Of a DNA stretch of 64,000 bases, positions 1-13,670 are shown one piece after another. Position 1 is the stretch's first letter. Every line of letters starts with the position of its first letter. Source of the stretch: Nemertoderma westbladi (taxonomy: Eukaryota > Animalia > Xenacoelomorpha); assembly GCA_032718475.1 (NCBI GenBank), contig JAUCBJ010004729.1, positions 4,636 through 68,635 on the forward strand. The letters are read 5' to 3'. The notes under the pieces were generated by a model, which did not search any database, was not told where the DNA came from, and saw nothing but the letters and a program-made list of their open reading frames with translations. The translations under genes and the position numbers were made by a program.

Positions 1-2374
1 GGACCATCAACAGCACCTCCACCCACAACAACACCCGGACCATCAACAGCACCTCCACCCACAACAACACCCGGACCATCAACAGCACCTCCATCCACAA
101 CAACACCCGGACCAACAACAGCACCTCCACCCACACCAACACCAGGACCATCAACAGCACCTCCACCAACAACAACACCCGGACCATCAACAGCACCTCC
201 ACCCACAACAACAACTGGACCATCAACAGCACCTCCACCCACAACAACACCCGGACCATCAACAGTACCTCCACCCACAACAACACTCGGACCAACGACA
301 GCACCTCCACCCACAACAACACCAGGACCATCAACAGCACCTCCACCCACAACAGCACCACCTCCAACAACAACACCCGGACCATCAACAGCACCTCCAC
401 CAACAACAACACCCGGACCATCAACAGCACCTCCACCCACAACAACACCCGGACCATCAACAGCACCTCCACCCACAACAACGCCCGGACCATCAACAGC
501 ACCTCCACCCACAACAACACCCGGCCCAACAACAGCACCTCCACCAACAACAACACCCGGACCATCAACAGCACCTCCACCCACAACAACACCCGGACCA
601 TCAACAGCACCTCCACCCACAACAACACCCGGACCATCAACAGCACCTCCACCCACAACAACAACTGGACCATCAACAGCACCTCCACCCACAACAACAC
701 CCGGACCATCAACAGCACCTCCACCCACAACAACACCTGGACCATCAACAGCGCCTCCACCAACAACAACACCCGGACCATCAACAGCACCTCCACCCAC
801 AACAACACCAGGACCATCAACAGCACCTCCACCCACAACAGCACCACCACCAACAACAACACCCGGACCATCAACAGCACCTCCACCAACAACAACACCC
901 GGACCATCAACAGCACCTCCACCCACAACAACACCCGGACCATCAACAGCACCTCCACCCACAACAACGCCCGGACCATCAACAGCACCACCACCAACAA
1001 CAACACCCGGACCATCAACTGCACCTCCACCTACAACAACACCTGGACCATCAACAGCACCACCACCAACAACAACACCTGGACCATCAACAGCACCTCC
1101 ACCCACAACAACACCCGGCCCAACAACAGCACCTCCACCCATAACAACACCCGGCCCAACAACAGCACCTCCACCCACAACAGCACCACCACCCACAACA
1201 ACACCCGGACCATCAACAGCACCTCCACCCACAACAACACCCGGACCATCAACAGCACCTCCACCAACAACAACACCCGGACCATCAACAGCACCTCCAC
1301 CAACAACAACACCCGGACCATCAACTGCACCTCCACCCACAACAACACCCGGACCATCAACAGCACCTCCACCCACAACAACACCCGGACCATCAACAGC
1401 ACCTCCACCAACAACAGCACCTCCACCAACAACAACACCTGGACCAACAACAGCACCACCACCAACAACAACACCCGGACCATCAACAGCACCACCACCC
1501 ACAACAACAATTGGACCAACAACAGCACCTCCACCCACAACAACACCTGGACCATCAACAGCACCTCCACCCACAACAACACCAGGACCATCAACAGCCC
1601 CACCACCAACAACAACACCCGGACCATCAACAGCACCTCCACCCACAACAACACCTGGACCATCAACAGCACCACCACCAACAACAACACCCGGACCATC
1701 AACAGCACCTCCACCAACAACAACACCCGGACCATCAACAGCACCTCCACCCACAACAACACCCGGACCATCAACAGCACCTCCACCAACAACAACACCC
1801 GGACCATCAACAGCACCTCCACCCACAACAACACCCGGACCATCAACAGCACCTCCACCAACAACAACACCCGGACCAACAACAGCACCTCCACCAACAA
1901 CAACACCCGGACCAACAACAGCACCACCACCAACAACAACACCCGGACCATCAACAGCACCACCACCCACAACAACAATTGGACCAACAACAGCACCTCC
2001 ACCCACAACAACACCTGGACCATCAACAGCACCTCCACCCACAACAACACCCGGACCATCAACAGCACCTCCACCAACAACAACACCAGTACCATCAACA
2101 GCACCTCCACCAACAACAACACCTGGACCATCAACAGCACCTCCACCCACAACAACACCTGGACCATCAACAGCACCACCACCAACAACAACACCCGGAC
2201 CATCAACAGCACCTCCACCAACAACAACACCCGGACCATCAACAGCACCTCCACCAACAACAACACCCGGACCAACAACAGCACCTCCACCAACAACAAC
2301 ACCCGGACCAACAACAGCACCTCCACCAACAACAACACTCGGACCATCAACAGCACCTCCACCCACTACAACAG
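1..2374 (+). CDS. Mucin-like gene, PTS repeat exon 1 (5' end outside window); about 33-bp unit GPSTAPPPTTTP-type
   Basis: Frame +1 from base 1 reads GPSTAPPPTTTP repeats; ends ACA G|GTGAGG (phase 1 donor at 2375), the same donor context as 19075. Confidence 0.9.
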
Positions 2375-2739
2375 GTGAGGCATTACTTTGTAGTATTTAT
2401 ATATAAATCAACTAAGATTACTTTATCATTAATTAATTTAATACACTTCAGACGCTTTAGATTGACTCGCCCACAATAAACAAACTTGACTATATTAATG
2501 TAATGCTTTATAATTATTCTTGAAGTATTTTATCGTATATGATTATACGAAAGTGATGCATAGTTAGTTTTTAGTTAGGAACGCTTATGCGGTCCAGCCT
2601 ATAATGCAATTACAGCTTAAAATATAAACAAATATAATTATAAACGAATAGTAAATCTAGCCACAAATTTTTACAAAAACGTAGGTAAGATTATATTTTA
2701 AAGCATATACAAAAATATATGGAGAAAATACAATTACTA

Positions 2740-5200
2740 GTCGGATATGTGATTCTCATGTAAACCTAGAAACAACACAACATCCGATCCATGGGAGGAT
2801 CCTTCTTGAGGATTCTCCCACACGTTAAGCGTTGCAACATTAGTATATAGAAAGTGGAGCTTACTCGGAGCGTTTTACAACTTCCTAGGAATTATATTCT
2901 CTGAAATTTTGCAGTTTGTAGAAGTTTTTATTCTAAGAATTTCGCATGATATTGTGTTTTCAATTTTGTAATCCAACCTTCCCAATTTAGCGACGAAATC
3001 TTGATTTTCGTCCCAATTTGGCAACTTCTAGCGCTAAATGGTTAAATTCGGAGTGAAGGAGACTGGAATCTGTGGACTTTGTGCGCAGAAAGTTTGCAAA
3101 TTTCATTAAAAAATTTATTTGACCAGATTTGGTTATTTTGGCCACATTTAAATTTTATCGTAAAATTATCCCAATGGTAATCCCAATGGATCAACAATGT
3201 AGTTTGGCCATTTGGATTGAAACTGATACCGAATGCATCTCCAGTACAGTTGTGCATCTGGTAAAATATTGGCCGAAAATATTGAACAGTATGCCTAAAT
3301 TTTTCTGAGACCATAATATCATATAGACATAAGCCAGCTCTACATTTTGTAAATTTAATGTTAATACAAAAAGTATCTGCTTCTTGTAGTAAATAAGGGC
3401 CAAACTTGTATAATCTGTAAAATCTGGAAATTAAGCAAAAAGTCGAGTACTAAAAATGCTCTATTTCGGCTGAAAGTGCTTTTTTTGTAAATCCTTCAAA
3501 TTAGTTTCTTAGAAATCCTTTGGGCACATATGTACTAGATATCGTTAAAACCTGAGCAAGATAAGTATTTTTGGAAGTTTGGTGAAATTTGGCCAAAAAC
3601 GTTTTTCAGATTTTATTTTTTTGAATTTTTGCCTCAGATTACATAAAAATATACTATATTGATACATTTTGGTGTGCTGAATCCGAATATGCAATCCATT
3701 CTCATTTTTGAACCAGTGTTTAGATATGACTGCCAATTTAAGAAAAGTCCGTCCAATTACTGTCCATTTGAAGGTCTGAGCTCAGTGAGCTATAGTTTAA
3801 AAACTTTCTAGGAATTATATTTTCTAAACCTGTGCTCATTTAAAGAACGTTTCAGGATAAGATAAATGATACTGGTAGCGATTTCAAAGAGTTAGCCGTT
3901 TTTCACCCAAATTTTTAATTTATGGCTCGTTTGAAAGGTTTTCAGAATATATTGAAAAATTATCCAGCACTTTTTTGAAAATTGTTTATTTTCAATTTTA
4001 TTGAAAATTTTAATTAATTTAAATTAATATTCGAGGCCGCGAGGTGGGTGGAGTAAGGGCGGAACTCCTGGCGAGGGGAGTCTGGGACGAATAGAGGGTG
4101 GCGTCATTTGACATTGCGGTTGTAAACGCTGACGCCCCCTCTTATGTTAACCGGTCCCTAGACTCCGTTCTCCAGCAGAGGGTCCGCGCCAAGAAGGTAC
4201 ACTATGCCGCAGTGTGCGAGGACCGTCGGATCTCCTTCACCCCCCTAGTCGGAACCACCGACGGGGTGTGGTGCAAGGAGGCCGATATCCTAATCCGCCA
4301 CCACGCGGAGACCCTGGTGGCCCGGCAGCGTGGGATGCGCGAGCGAGGCCTAGCCTGTGTGCTGGGCGGAGTGCGGAGGCGCCTATTGTTTGCGCTGCTG
4401 CGCTCAAACTTCCTGTGCCTGCGTGGCGGTAGGCGGCCATGGAGGGCGCTCGGGTTTGGGGACGGTGCCGGTCTGTTGGGGTTTGACCTCCAAGACCGGT
4501 ACTGAATCCAAGTTTTAGATTTGTGTTTGGTGGAGGGATGTAAAAATTCTTACTAAATTTAATTTTGGTGGTGGTGGAAATTAAAATTAAAAATTGTATT
4601 TGACTTTTTGTATTTTAAATAATTTAATTATTTGGAATTTAAATTAATTAATTTAATTGTATTATTATATTATTATAATTACATTAAGTTATTACTCTAC
4701 TCACGTACGTATATGATTATTATTTTTTTTATAACAATAAATATTTGTTGTCCTTGTTCGGACCCCCCTTCCAGTTATCTTGTGCTACCGGTATTTGTAT
4801 TCCATGTATTACTACTATAATTATGTATTAATGTTTTTTGACAATTAATTTAATTAATTTACTTTAAAATTGAGAATAAAAAATCGGCTGGATAATATTT
4901 GTAGATTCGAAGGTGCTGAGTCCAAAAACGTTGGATAAATATTAAGGGACTAGTATAGTAGTGTTTTTAGTGAAATATTTAATTCCGCCACTCGCCGCTA
5001 GAGGGACACAAAAAAATTTTAATTTTTGTTGCCCTTTGACCTTCGTCACGTTGGCTGAACATCACATAGCAGTGATATTGACCTACAACACGAAGTTAGA
5101 GCTGTTGCTGTTTAAAACAAATCGCCTGAGCGGGTACCCCCCCCCCCCCCCCCCCCCCCCCTAAACTGACGGCAGAGGAATGTATCTGTAATATTTCTAC
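2740..5200. mobile_element. Probable non-autonomous DNA element(s) filling the first intron; boundaries approximate
   Basis: Absent from the paralogous intron 19076-19981; hairpin TGGGAGGATCCT...AGGATTCTCCCA at 2792-2820; poly-C at about 5137-5161; TGCTGAATCC-type motifs shared with other intronic repeats. Confidence 0.35.
4032..4505 (+). mobile_element. 3' fragment of a CRE-clade-like non-LTR retrotransposon (restriction-like endonuclease)
   Basis: GC-rich island; RAELLARGVW...FDIAVVNADAPSY...KKVHY...RRISFTPLVGTTDG...RLLFALLRSNFLCLRG is the typical RLE C-terminus. Confidence 0.75.
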
Positions 5201-5667
5201 ATAATAATAAGACTACCATAGGTAATATAACTACCATTATTATGATGTTACTTCTGGAGAAATTTTTATCTTTACTATTACTTTGGTATCTTAAGTATAA
5301 TTATTCTAATCTAATCGATGAAATATTGAGAAACATTGTATATTTGTAAGTAAGAAGTGAGATAGTTGGCGGGTTTTCTGTTCGTCTCTTATTGCTTTTC
5401 AATTTTCCCACCCCTCCCCTCTAGTCTCTGTCTTGTCTCAGGTTTCATTACAAGACTTATCCTCCTATTATCTCATTTACACCCACCATTATGAATGACT
5501 TACTGACTTATGAATGGCCTACCTCAGCATGACAGTAGAATACACTACAGTCATACTGAAAGAATACTTCTACTATATTTCACGCCGTGATATTTAGAAT
5601 CACAGCTTTGAATATACGGTGTATTTCTCGCCGACTTGAATAGAAAGTTATAACATTATGTTTACAG

Positions 5668-6177
5668 AATGTGTCGATTGTTGTCCCTCAATACCTTGTT
5701 GCGATGAGACTCAAGTCAGCGAGTATTACGCTTCTGAAGGTGCCCCAGAAGATGTAGAGTATCCTGATGGGGACGGTGTTGAGCTTGAATATGGAGATTA
5801 CATCAAAGCTCATGTATCAAGTCCATGCCACACATTAGCATCAATCATTGTTCAACTCCCACATGGATCTGTTGGTGATATATTTACGTTTGTTTTGGAG
5901 GTTTCTTCCTATGAGGGAGATCCATCAGGCTTATATAAAGAATACGTTTATGCGATCAAGGACAATTTGATAGGTCTCGAAAACGTATTTATGATCGCAT
6001 CAAATTCCCTGCAAGGTGCATCATATTACGAGTTTATGGTAGAAGTTACGGATGCTACAAATCTGAAATGGTTTAAACTTCCTGAATTTGCTGAGAATGT
6101 TAAAGAAGTAAAACTTGTATCCAAGACAATGAATCCAACCTCAGTTACTTTGCGGTTATACGGATGTGACAACGACA
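5668..6177 (+). CDS. Mucin-like gene, module 1 exon B: Cys cluster plus discoidin-like domain D1
   Basis: TTTACAG|AA acceptor, A|GTGAGT donor, phase 1-1; ECVDCCPSIPCC...VTLRLYGCDND; near-identical copy at 19982-20491. Confidence 0.85.
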
Positions 6178-6414
6178 GTGAGTATTATTTACCACCACAA
6201 CAGATATTTGTTGTGTTTTTGAAACAAACAAAGTTAGGAAACAGACATTTATTATTATTTCCAAAACTATGTTTACTTCGTATTTATTTATATTTTATAT
6301 CTTAATAATTTTAAATGTCTCAATAGGCCCTAATCACCGAGGTAATTTATTGAAATTATATTATTTTAGATTCATGGCTGACATCTTAACATTTAAATAA
6401 CTTTATTGTTACAG

Positions 6415-6477
6415 CTTGTCCAACTCCACCCCCAACCACAACACCAATAATAACAACTCCAATTACTCCACCTGAAC
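6415..6477 (+). CDS. Module 1 exon C: short Cys/Pro/Thr linker
   Basis: TTACAG|CT...GAA C|GTAAG; 63 nt, phase 1-1; TCPTPPPTTTPIITTPITPPE; duplicated at 20729-20791. Confidence 0.85.
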
Positions 6478-7056
6478 GTAAGTGTATCTAAAGTAATTAA
6501 TTATTATTTATTGTTATTATATTTGATTAATCCAGAAAGTAAATTTTCTAAAGACTGTAGTGTAAGTGTAAGTGTATAGTAGCAGACAACAGTAAAGTAA
6601 AATAAAATTTCGCAGTTTAGTTACAAATGTATCAAATTAATTGTACAATTTCTCATTGCCATAATCATCATCTCATTTCACATGGATGAAATTATCGGCC
6701 ATTTTCACAAAATTATTCAGAGGAATATTATAATATTAGATTTGTTATTTCTATCGACCAACTGAACTGCTGTGCTGGTCAGAAACAATGTTCTCCCCCC
6801 GAGTTGGTTCTTCTTTCAAATTGACCAAATTTGATAGGAACTTCACCTAGTTGTTTAATAACTAAATAACTAAATTGCCAAATAAAAAATGAAAGACACG
6901 AAATATTAGAGCTTCTGATTTTATAAAACAGCTAAGAAATTATCTGACTGACTGCCTTTTTTGAGTTATAACGAAATTTTGTGCTTTTGTTACTTTTTTG
7001 TAAATTACAGTTCGCGGCACGCATTATTTTATCGTTGATAATGGTTTGTGTTATTA

Positions 7057-8235
7057 GGGGGAGGGGGGGGGGGGGGGGGGGGGTAGCACATTTTCAGACC
7101 AAAAAATTCAAATTTTTGAAACATAACGGTATACTTTCTGATGTAGCATTTTTCATGCTGAATCCTAATCTTTTTTCCAGTTTTCCATATCTTAGTTATA
7201 TGTATTTCCATATCCATCCTTTATTATATCCTTTATTTACGAGATATCTGGTTTAGAAGATAATAGCGCCACATATCGCAGTATTGGTATATGCGATGAA
7301 GTTTGGGTTTTGCATTAAATTTATTCAAATTTCTGTGCTCAGTGATGCCAATTGGATGTCTCCACTGGAAAGAGCATAAAATGTTAATAGAGAAGGCACT
7401 TTTTTATGATTAGTGGTCTTACTAGTCAGTTTAGACAACTTCAAGTCTCCAGAACAATGAACGTACAAAAATTAAGTGAACATGCTGTCTATGTATGAAT
7501 CTGCTGTCTGTCTGTTTGTACTACAAATAGACTAATTCCTCATCAGAGATCATCAAAATGTATAATCCTAGTCGTTCGAAGTTCATTTCAAGCTCACTCG
7601 AAATCTATTTTCGCAGAGATCGCTGTTACCATTTGATTTAATGTAAATGGCTGTGATCAACATAATGTTAATTTGAGTAAAATATGCTTAGCAAATTTTG
7701 TTCAGATGTTTGTTCAAGTTTAGATTGCTCATCGTCCTTGCAATAGTTTGCCAAACAAAAAGGTAACTTTCTTCTCTGAGAAAAGAGCTAAAATAAACTT
7801 AGTATGACAACAAGAATTGGATATTACACATTTTTATGATATCCATGAGCGATAAGTCTATTCCGTGAAATTCCGCAGAGTCACTTAATCGAGTCCCATC
7901 ATTGTTCCAGAGAATTGAAGTTGTCATAAAAACTGACCAGTAGGTCCAATAATCATAAAATAGTATATTCTCTATTAAATTTTCATGCTCACTCTGAGAC
8001 ATCCAATTGGCATCACTGAGCATATAACTTTCCAGAAATTCAACGCAAACCTCAAACTTCATCGCCTTTACCAATAGCGCTATATATTGGAGCCAGTATC
8101 TTCTAATCCAGATATCACGAAAACCAAGATAGATATGGAAAATGGTTTCCAGATTTGGATTCAGCATAAAATTCTGTATCAGATATGTTTCAAAAACTTT
8201 TTGGTCAGAAAATGCACTAGAAAATGCAAAAATGA
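7057..8235. mobile_element. Foldback/MITE-like element with about 400-480 bp imperfect inverted arms
   Basis: About 7082-7568 is the reverse complement of about 7817-8220 (e.g. TGCTCAGTGATGCCAATTGGATGTCTC / GAGACATCCAATTGGCATCACTGAGCA); empty site in the paralogous intron near 22881-22897. Confidence 0.75.
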
Positions 8236-8408
8236 CACTAATGAAAATTAAAAAATTAATCGTTGGCATTAATCTTCCTTATAAATTGATTACTTGATTG
8301 GTGAAGGGAAATAACATAATATTATAATGCGTCTAAGTGTTATTCAAATTGAATTTATGTCGACTTAGCATACAATATCTAACTTTAATAAAACTTTTTC
8401 GCTTTCAG

Positions 8409-8776
8409 CATGTTGTGAACCACCTATCGTCATTCCCATTGCCAACTATTTGGGAACATCATATACAATGGATGAAGCTAACTTTACTAAGCCTGGTAGT
8501 GAAGGCTGGTTGGTAAAAGGTACCCTTGCTGAAAGTCATATCACTCTACAACCTGCGGCCCCTGATGGAAGTAACTCTCCAGCTGTTTATACAATCCGCG
8601 CCATTGAAGTTCGAATAAGAAACCCAGCACAATCATCTAGGAGGCTTAAATTGCGATTCCTGTATACTTTCAGAGAAGATGACAAATACTTTGAATTCGG
8701 CAGTGGTGATCCTTCAACAGTAATACCTGCACCACCAATTGCTACTCCAACATCAGAACTGGCAGGCCTTGTCAAG
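8409..8776 (+). CDS. Module 1 exon D: N-terminal part of discoidin-like domain D2
   Basis: TTTCAG|CA, AAG|GTTGGT; phase 1-0; PCCEPPIVIPIANYLG...LAGLVK; copy at 23080-23447. Confidence 0.85.
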
Positions 8777-8980
8777 GTTGGTTAATCATTTAGTTTTTTT
8801 ATATTTTAGACTTCAGCCACACATTGCACATGCATGCAACGATTGACATGCCATTTACCCTGTCATTAAAAAGACCTAATATAATGTATTAAATTATGTT
8901 ATGCATGCAACACACATCCTAGTCATTACTAACAAGCATAAACGTAATTTAATAATATTGTTAAAAAGATTGCTAAGGCC

Positions 8981-9650
8981 TAAGGGGGGTAGCACCACAG
9001 ATGGAACTTGTTATTTTGGTGTTTCAAGACTTTAAAATTGAGTGAAAATAATTTTTTGCTGTACTAAACACGAGTGGGGCCTTTGTGCAGTGAACAATTA
9101 TAATTATACTAGCTAATTATATAGGCCTATTTTAATCTAGTCTACCGACACACACTGACATACACACTTACACGCCCTACCCCCCCCCCCCCCCAGACTT
9201 TTGGAAAACGGCCATAGTATAATTATAACAGTTGACTGATCAAGGTTTTTACTCGCCCCACATCGTCTGGGGTGTTTAAGAATAGTCAAACCTAATATGT
9301 TGCCATCTTTAATGGCCAAAAAGTTCATTTTTGTGCCAAATGATATTTTCTACCTATATTCTATCAAATTTGTCGAAATTTTGAATAAAGAATCCGAAAG
9401 AAAACAGACAAGGTCATTTTGGTGGCTTTTTTTCCTATTTTGTTCCATAAAGGTTCCTGAGCAGCTTTAGCGAAAATGGTATTCTGAACATGTGTGCCAA
9501 ATTGTTTACTCATTTCATTGAAAATCGGTGTAGAAATAGACTTTTTCATGAAGAAAGTTCGTTCTGAAATAAAGTTGTTTAAAGTTTAAGCACTTATAAA
9601 CAATTTGTCAATTTCCTAAATAGGGGCGGGGGGACTACTCCACCCTTCCG
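8981..9650. mobile_element. Old DNA-transposon-like remnant with GGGGGGTAGCAC terminus; homolog at about 23680-36722 is interrupted by the LTR element
   Basis: Starts TAAGGGGGGTAGCAC; the module 2 homolog ends GCTACCCCCC at about 36693-36720; same terminus as the 7057 element. Confidence 0.4.
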
Positions 9651-10408
9651 TCTATCAATCTATTTGGTTGTTAGAATGTAGCTCTTCATAGTCAACATTG
9701 TAAGGCCATTCCATTCCGCTTTGTCTTAAGGATGGTAAGCGTCATGTTGGGGTCTGGAATTCGGCAATGACTCCAGCCTACAAGTTCAAATCCAGACAAA
9801 CCAGTATTAAACTGCGCAGTTAGCTTCTTTTGCTTTTGTGGGGAACTTATATTAATGCTTTGTAGTGTCAGAGGGGATACATCGCCTGGACTGCTTCTAC
9901 AATAATGTATTGCAGCACAGGTTCGAATCAGAATAAAAGCTGTAGAGATTTCGCACTATTGCGTCCCTAGGCAAGACACAATAGACGTTAGTGAATATTC
10001 TAACCCATTTGTACAAAGCGAACCTGGCTTTTCTTGGTGGAGTAAATATAGTGTTGGATAGATATGGGTGTTCACTGTTCATCCTTAGAAGTTAGTGAGT
10101 CGCACTCCCTGCCTTAAAGTGACATCAAAAAGAGAGGAGCCTATGGGTTTTACATGGCTTGAAGGGCATTGTACACTACATAGGCTGGTTAGTAGCCATA
10201 ATGTAGTAAGGCTAGCCAGTTTCCATCGAAGGCAATAGGCCAATCAGCAGCTACCAGTACCGGTACTGGACGTGAATGACGTGATCATTGCTAGTAGGCA
10301 GTATTCTCAGTGCGACGGACGGCTGCAACAGACGGGCAGGATCTAACCCGGCTGTCGTGCTATTGGAATAGTTATTGAGAGAAAATCATATTTTTTTTTA
10401 TTTTCCAG

Positions 10409-10562
10409 ATCTTTGATGCCTCATTACAAGCTGGTGATGATGAATCCACTGTTGTTCGTATTGAATTGCCATTCTGTATTTCAGTTGGTTGGGTTAAACT
10501 TAAGATTGTTGATCCATTCGAAGGACAGAGGTTAAACATTCAACTGTTGGGTTGTGATGGAG
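10409..10562 (+). CDS. Module 1 exon E: C-terminal part of domain D2
   Basis: TTCCAG|ATC, G|GTTGGT; phase 0-1; IFDASLQAGDDESTVVRIELPFCISVGWVKLKIVDPFEGQRLNIQLLGCDG resembles the F5/8C C-terminus (F.GN.D...LRLELLGC). Confidence 0.85.
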
Positions 10563-10714
10563 GTTGGTTATTCTTCATTATTACCCTTGACTTCTGCCCT
10601 TGAACTATTAGGATCACCCCTGTATTACTGTGAAGAAATTCTTCGAATTAACCACATTGAAATAATATTGTATTAATTTACCTTATTATTGTGTTTAAAT
10701 TATTATAATTGCAG

Positions 10715-11037
10715 ATTGTTTGGTTCCATATCCTAATCTAAGCGACCTCAAGTATTGGCCACCTGGTAAAAAAGACATTGATCCTGATTATGATGGTTGG
10801 AATCCTCAGACAAGTTTAATCAACAAATTTAGGGGATTTAATCTTGGTTCCATACAAGACATCAAGGGATTAACTCTATTATTTAAGGATATGCCACCTG
10901 GTGTTGGAAAGTTTTCTTTCAGAGCTGTGTTCTCCAATGGTTCCCCATTAGGTCCCGGAGTTGAACTTACAGAAAGTGGCTCACTAACTCCAATTACATC
11001 TGCAGCTCAATGGATTAATGGAAAGCCGGATTCTAAG
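10715..11037 (+). CDS. Module 1 exon F: N-terminal part of domain D3
   Basis: TTGCAG|AT, AAG|GTTAGA; phase 1-0; DCLVPYP...DGWNPQTS...WINGKPDSK; copy at 37904-38226. Confidence 0.85.
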
Positions 11038-11603
11038 GTTAGAATCTTCCATAATAGTGAACCACAATCAGCGATATTGTTGCCAAAAAAATAATTCTTC
11101 CAAATAAGTAGTTACTTACTTATCTTAGTTATCTAAAAACAAAGTCTTTGATATTTTTCCCAGTTATAAAAAGTAATAATTATCTTTTTTGTCCAGTTTC
11201 GGCAATTTAAATTAAATTTATTAAAGTTTGAAAATTTATTGTATAAAATTATTTTCAAATTTTTTTTTTTTCCATATAGAGAACCACATATCAGCAATAT
11301 TAGAACTGTCAACTTGTAAAATAAAGAACACTTTAAAATACATAGTTTCTTAGTTGTGTTAGGTGGGGTGGGGTGGTTAGTTTACTGAAGTGTAAAGGAA
11401 TCCAGTTGACCATATCAAATGAGAGCGACAAATCGTTTGCCTCGAAGTATTGATATGTTCATGGAAATGCAGATGAAAGAAGATCAAAGTAAATCTCCAT
11501 TATTTTTGAGAATCGTAGTCTTTTCGGTCATTATATTCCAAATGTCAATACACTAAATTTAAATATCACAGCACTGATAACATCTGATATTCTATTGCTT
11601 TAG

Positions 11604-11763
11604 ATTCACACCACTGAATTGTATGCAATTGGTACTCCTTCTTTCGCAATGGAATTCCAAGATGATGTTATTTTCCCATATTCATGGGTGACAATCATAG
11701 CTGATGACTGGTCTCCCAATAACCTTCATATATCTGCTATGGTAACTGGTCGCTGTCCCATTG
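11604..11763 (+). CDS. Module 1 exon G: C-terminal part of domain D3
   Basis: CTTTAG|ATT, G|GTAAGT; phase 0-1; IHTTELYAIG...ISAMVTGRCPI; copy at 38791-38950. Confidence 0.85.
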
Positions 11764-12289
11764 GTAAGTAAAATATAATATCATGAATTTGTTCACCATG
11801 CTTATGATAGATGCACAGAACTGAATATAAACATAGAGATAGTAGTAGTAGACATTTTTTTGAAAATAAAACCACAAGATCGAAAATTACTACACAATAG
11901 CTACAAGGCAATAACAATAATACTAATTATCCAAAATATTTACAACTATATACAAATATATAAAAGCACATCTGAATATTATTCATTAATATAATAACCT
12001 ATTTCTATTTAATATACCTTAATATACCTTTGAAATTAATTTACTGACTGCAACCGGGGGTAGGACATCGATACAGATGAAGCGAAATTTGAAATAGCAC
12101 CATTCACCAGGCATCGTCACATATATGGCATTGGCAAGGCCTTATAATACCCATATAATGCCTATCCACTTAAGTTTAATTAGATTACAGGCCTGCGCCT
12201 GGTCTGGTAACTAACCTACCATTGTATATTAAAATTTAGTAAATAGCGATTGAAAATAATATATATAAATTGAGGAATCTTTTCTTTTA

Positions 12290-12423
12290 GGCTCGATAAC
12301 CAAAGGAAAACCTGTCATTGAACAATCATTAAAGCACTGTCCCCAAACAGTGCTGCTCCAGCTAGGGATCGAACCAGGGCTTCCTAATTGGAAGGCAGGA
12401 ATGTCACCACTAGACCAAGCCGC
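12290..12423 (-). mobile_element. tRNA-Gly(TCC)-derived SINE head or tRNA pseudogene
   Basis: Minus strand: A box TGGTCTAGTGG, CTGCCTTCCAA anticodon arm as in tRNA-Gly-TCC, B box GGTTCGATCCC; stems broken. Left boundary approximate. Confidence 0.6.
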
Positions 12424-13670
12424 ATTTCATTTCATAAATATTTATCTGCATCATCAAGACCAGTGTCTTTTATCAGATGTTTCAGTAATATCAATGGCTA
12501 CCATAATAGTACAAGATCACGCACAGGCTGATCACTCCTATTGTGGTATATTTCCACAATAGGCAATCTCGCTAATATTTGCAATCTCACTGCTTACAAT
12601 GTTGTACGAACAACATCGACCATATTATCAACCATCCAACTCACATAATTATTCACAATCATCTACGTTGACTCCACAGCAAAGCAACCTGACCTCATTT
12701 ATCGCCGTGTATTATTATTATTAATCACTAGCCTACCGGTCAGCACTTTACTCAGCCCTATCAGCCTATTGCAGTGTCTAAGTATTTCAGCTTACTTCAT
12801 TAAGTTGGTTTTACCGGTGACCGGTAGACATTTTTAATATGCAAGTAGCCTTACCAATTAAATATAGTACTGGCAGAACGGCATTACAAGAGTAGCCTTA
12901 CCGTATTACTTACTGCTTGGAATGCAGTAGTACTGCTGGACATACTGCTGGAAACGGCATTTTATCAATGTTACTGACCATGAATGTAATTCATTGTAAT
13001 GTAAAAAGCTCCGCTTTCAATTGATAAGCTACGTGTGTGAAATGATTCTGATTTAATATGTATTTGAATCGATCGAAAATCTCTATCCATAGAAATCAAG
13101 ATAATAAATTCAGTTTGTAGTGACGTCAAATCTGTAGCATCCAATCACAGCCGATTTTCAAAATTGACTTCCCGCGCTTACTTAAACCCGCCATTTTGAC
13201 CGTTCCTCGTGTTTTTACAAAAACACACCCCGCCACTCCATTTAGGGCACCTTGTTCCCACTTATTCAATTGTTTCTAGCTCTATAATTAGTTTTTAGGG
13301 CATACCGACACAATTATGTTTTCTGTTTGATACAGAAAACAGAGGACCACGATGGAAAATGGTAAATCTGTTAATTTCGAGATATATTATGTTCAATGTA
13401 AATAGGATTCCAATCTCAATTACGTTGAGGACATTGTACAGTACAATAATATAATATAAGGACAGATATTATCAAGTTCATATCAAGGATTTATTGTCTC
13501 AAGAGATGTAACATTTGATGTAGATACCAACATATAATAATAATACAGGAATTAACTGTTACAATAATAAGTCACCGGTTATATTCTCAAATATTGGCAA
13601 CATCTGACCGTTAATAATATATTCCCACGTCTCATCTCACCAATGTATTGCAAGTTTCCTCTTGAGCTAA

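Noticed and set aside
5658-6305. Standalone 215-aa gene (and the 19972, 8450, 10720, 23001, 37909 ORFs)
   Set aside because: ORF ends run into intronic sequence; these are internal exons with clear AG/GT boundaries.
7799-8269. 156-aa minus-strand ORF with a signal-peptide-like start
   Set aside because: Lies in one arm of the foldback element; the other arm has indels that break the frame.
9900-10040. Old SINE-like segment (GGTTCGAATC...GTCCCTAGGCAAGACAC), shared with about 37090-37230
   Set aside because: Too degenerate to delimit or classify without a search.
12352-12423. Functional tRNA-Gly gene
   Set aside because: Acceptor and anticodon stems do not pair properly; treated as a SINE head or pseudogene.
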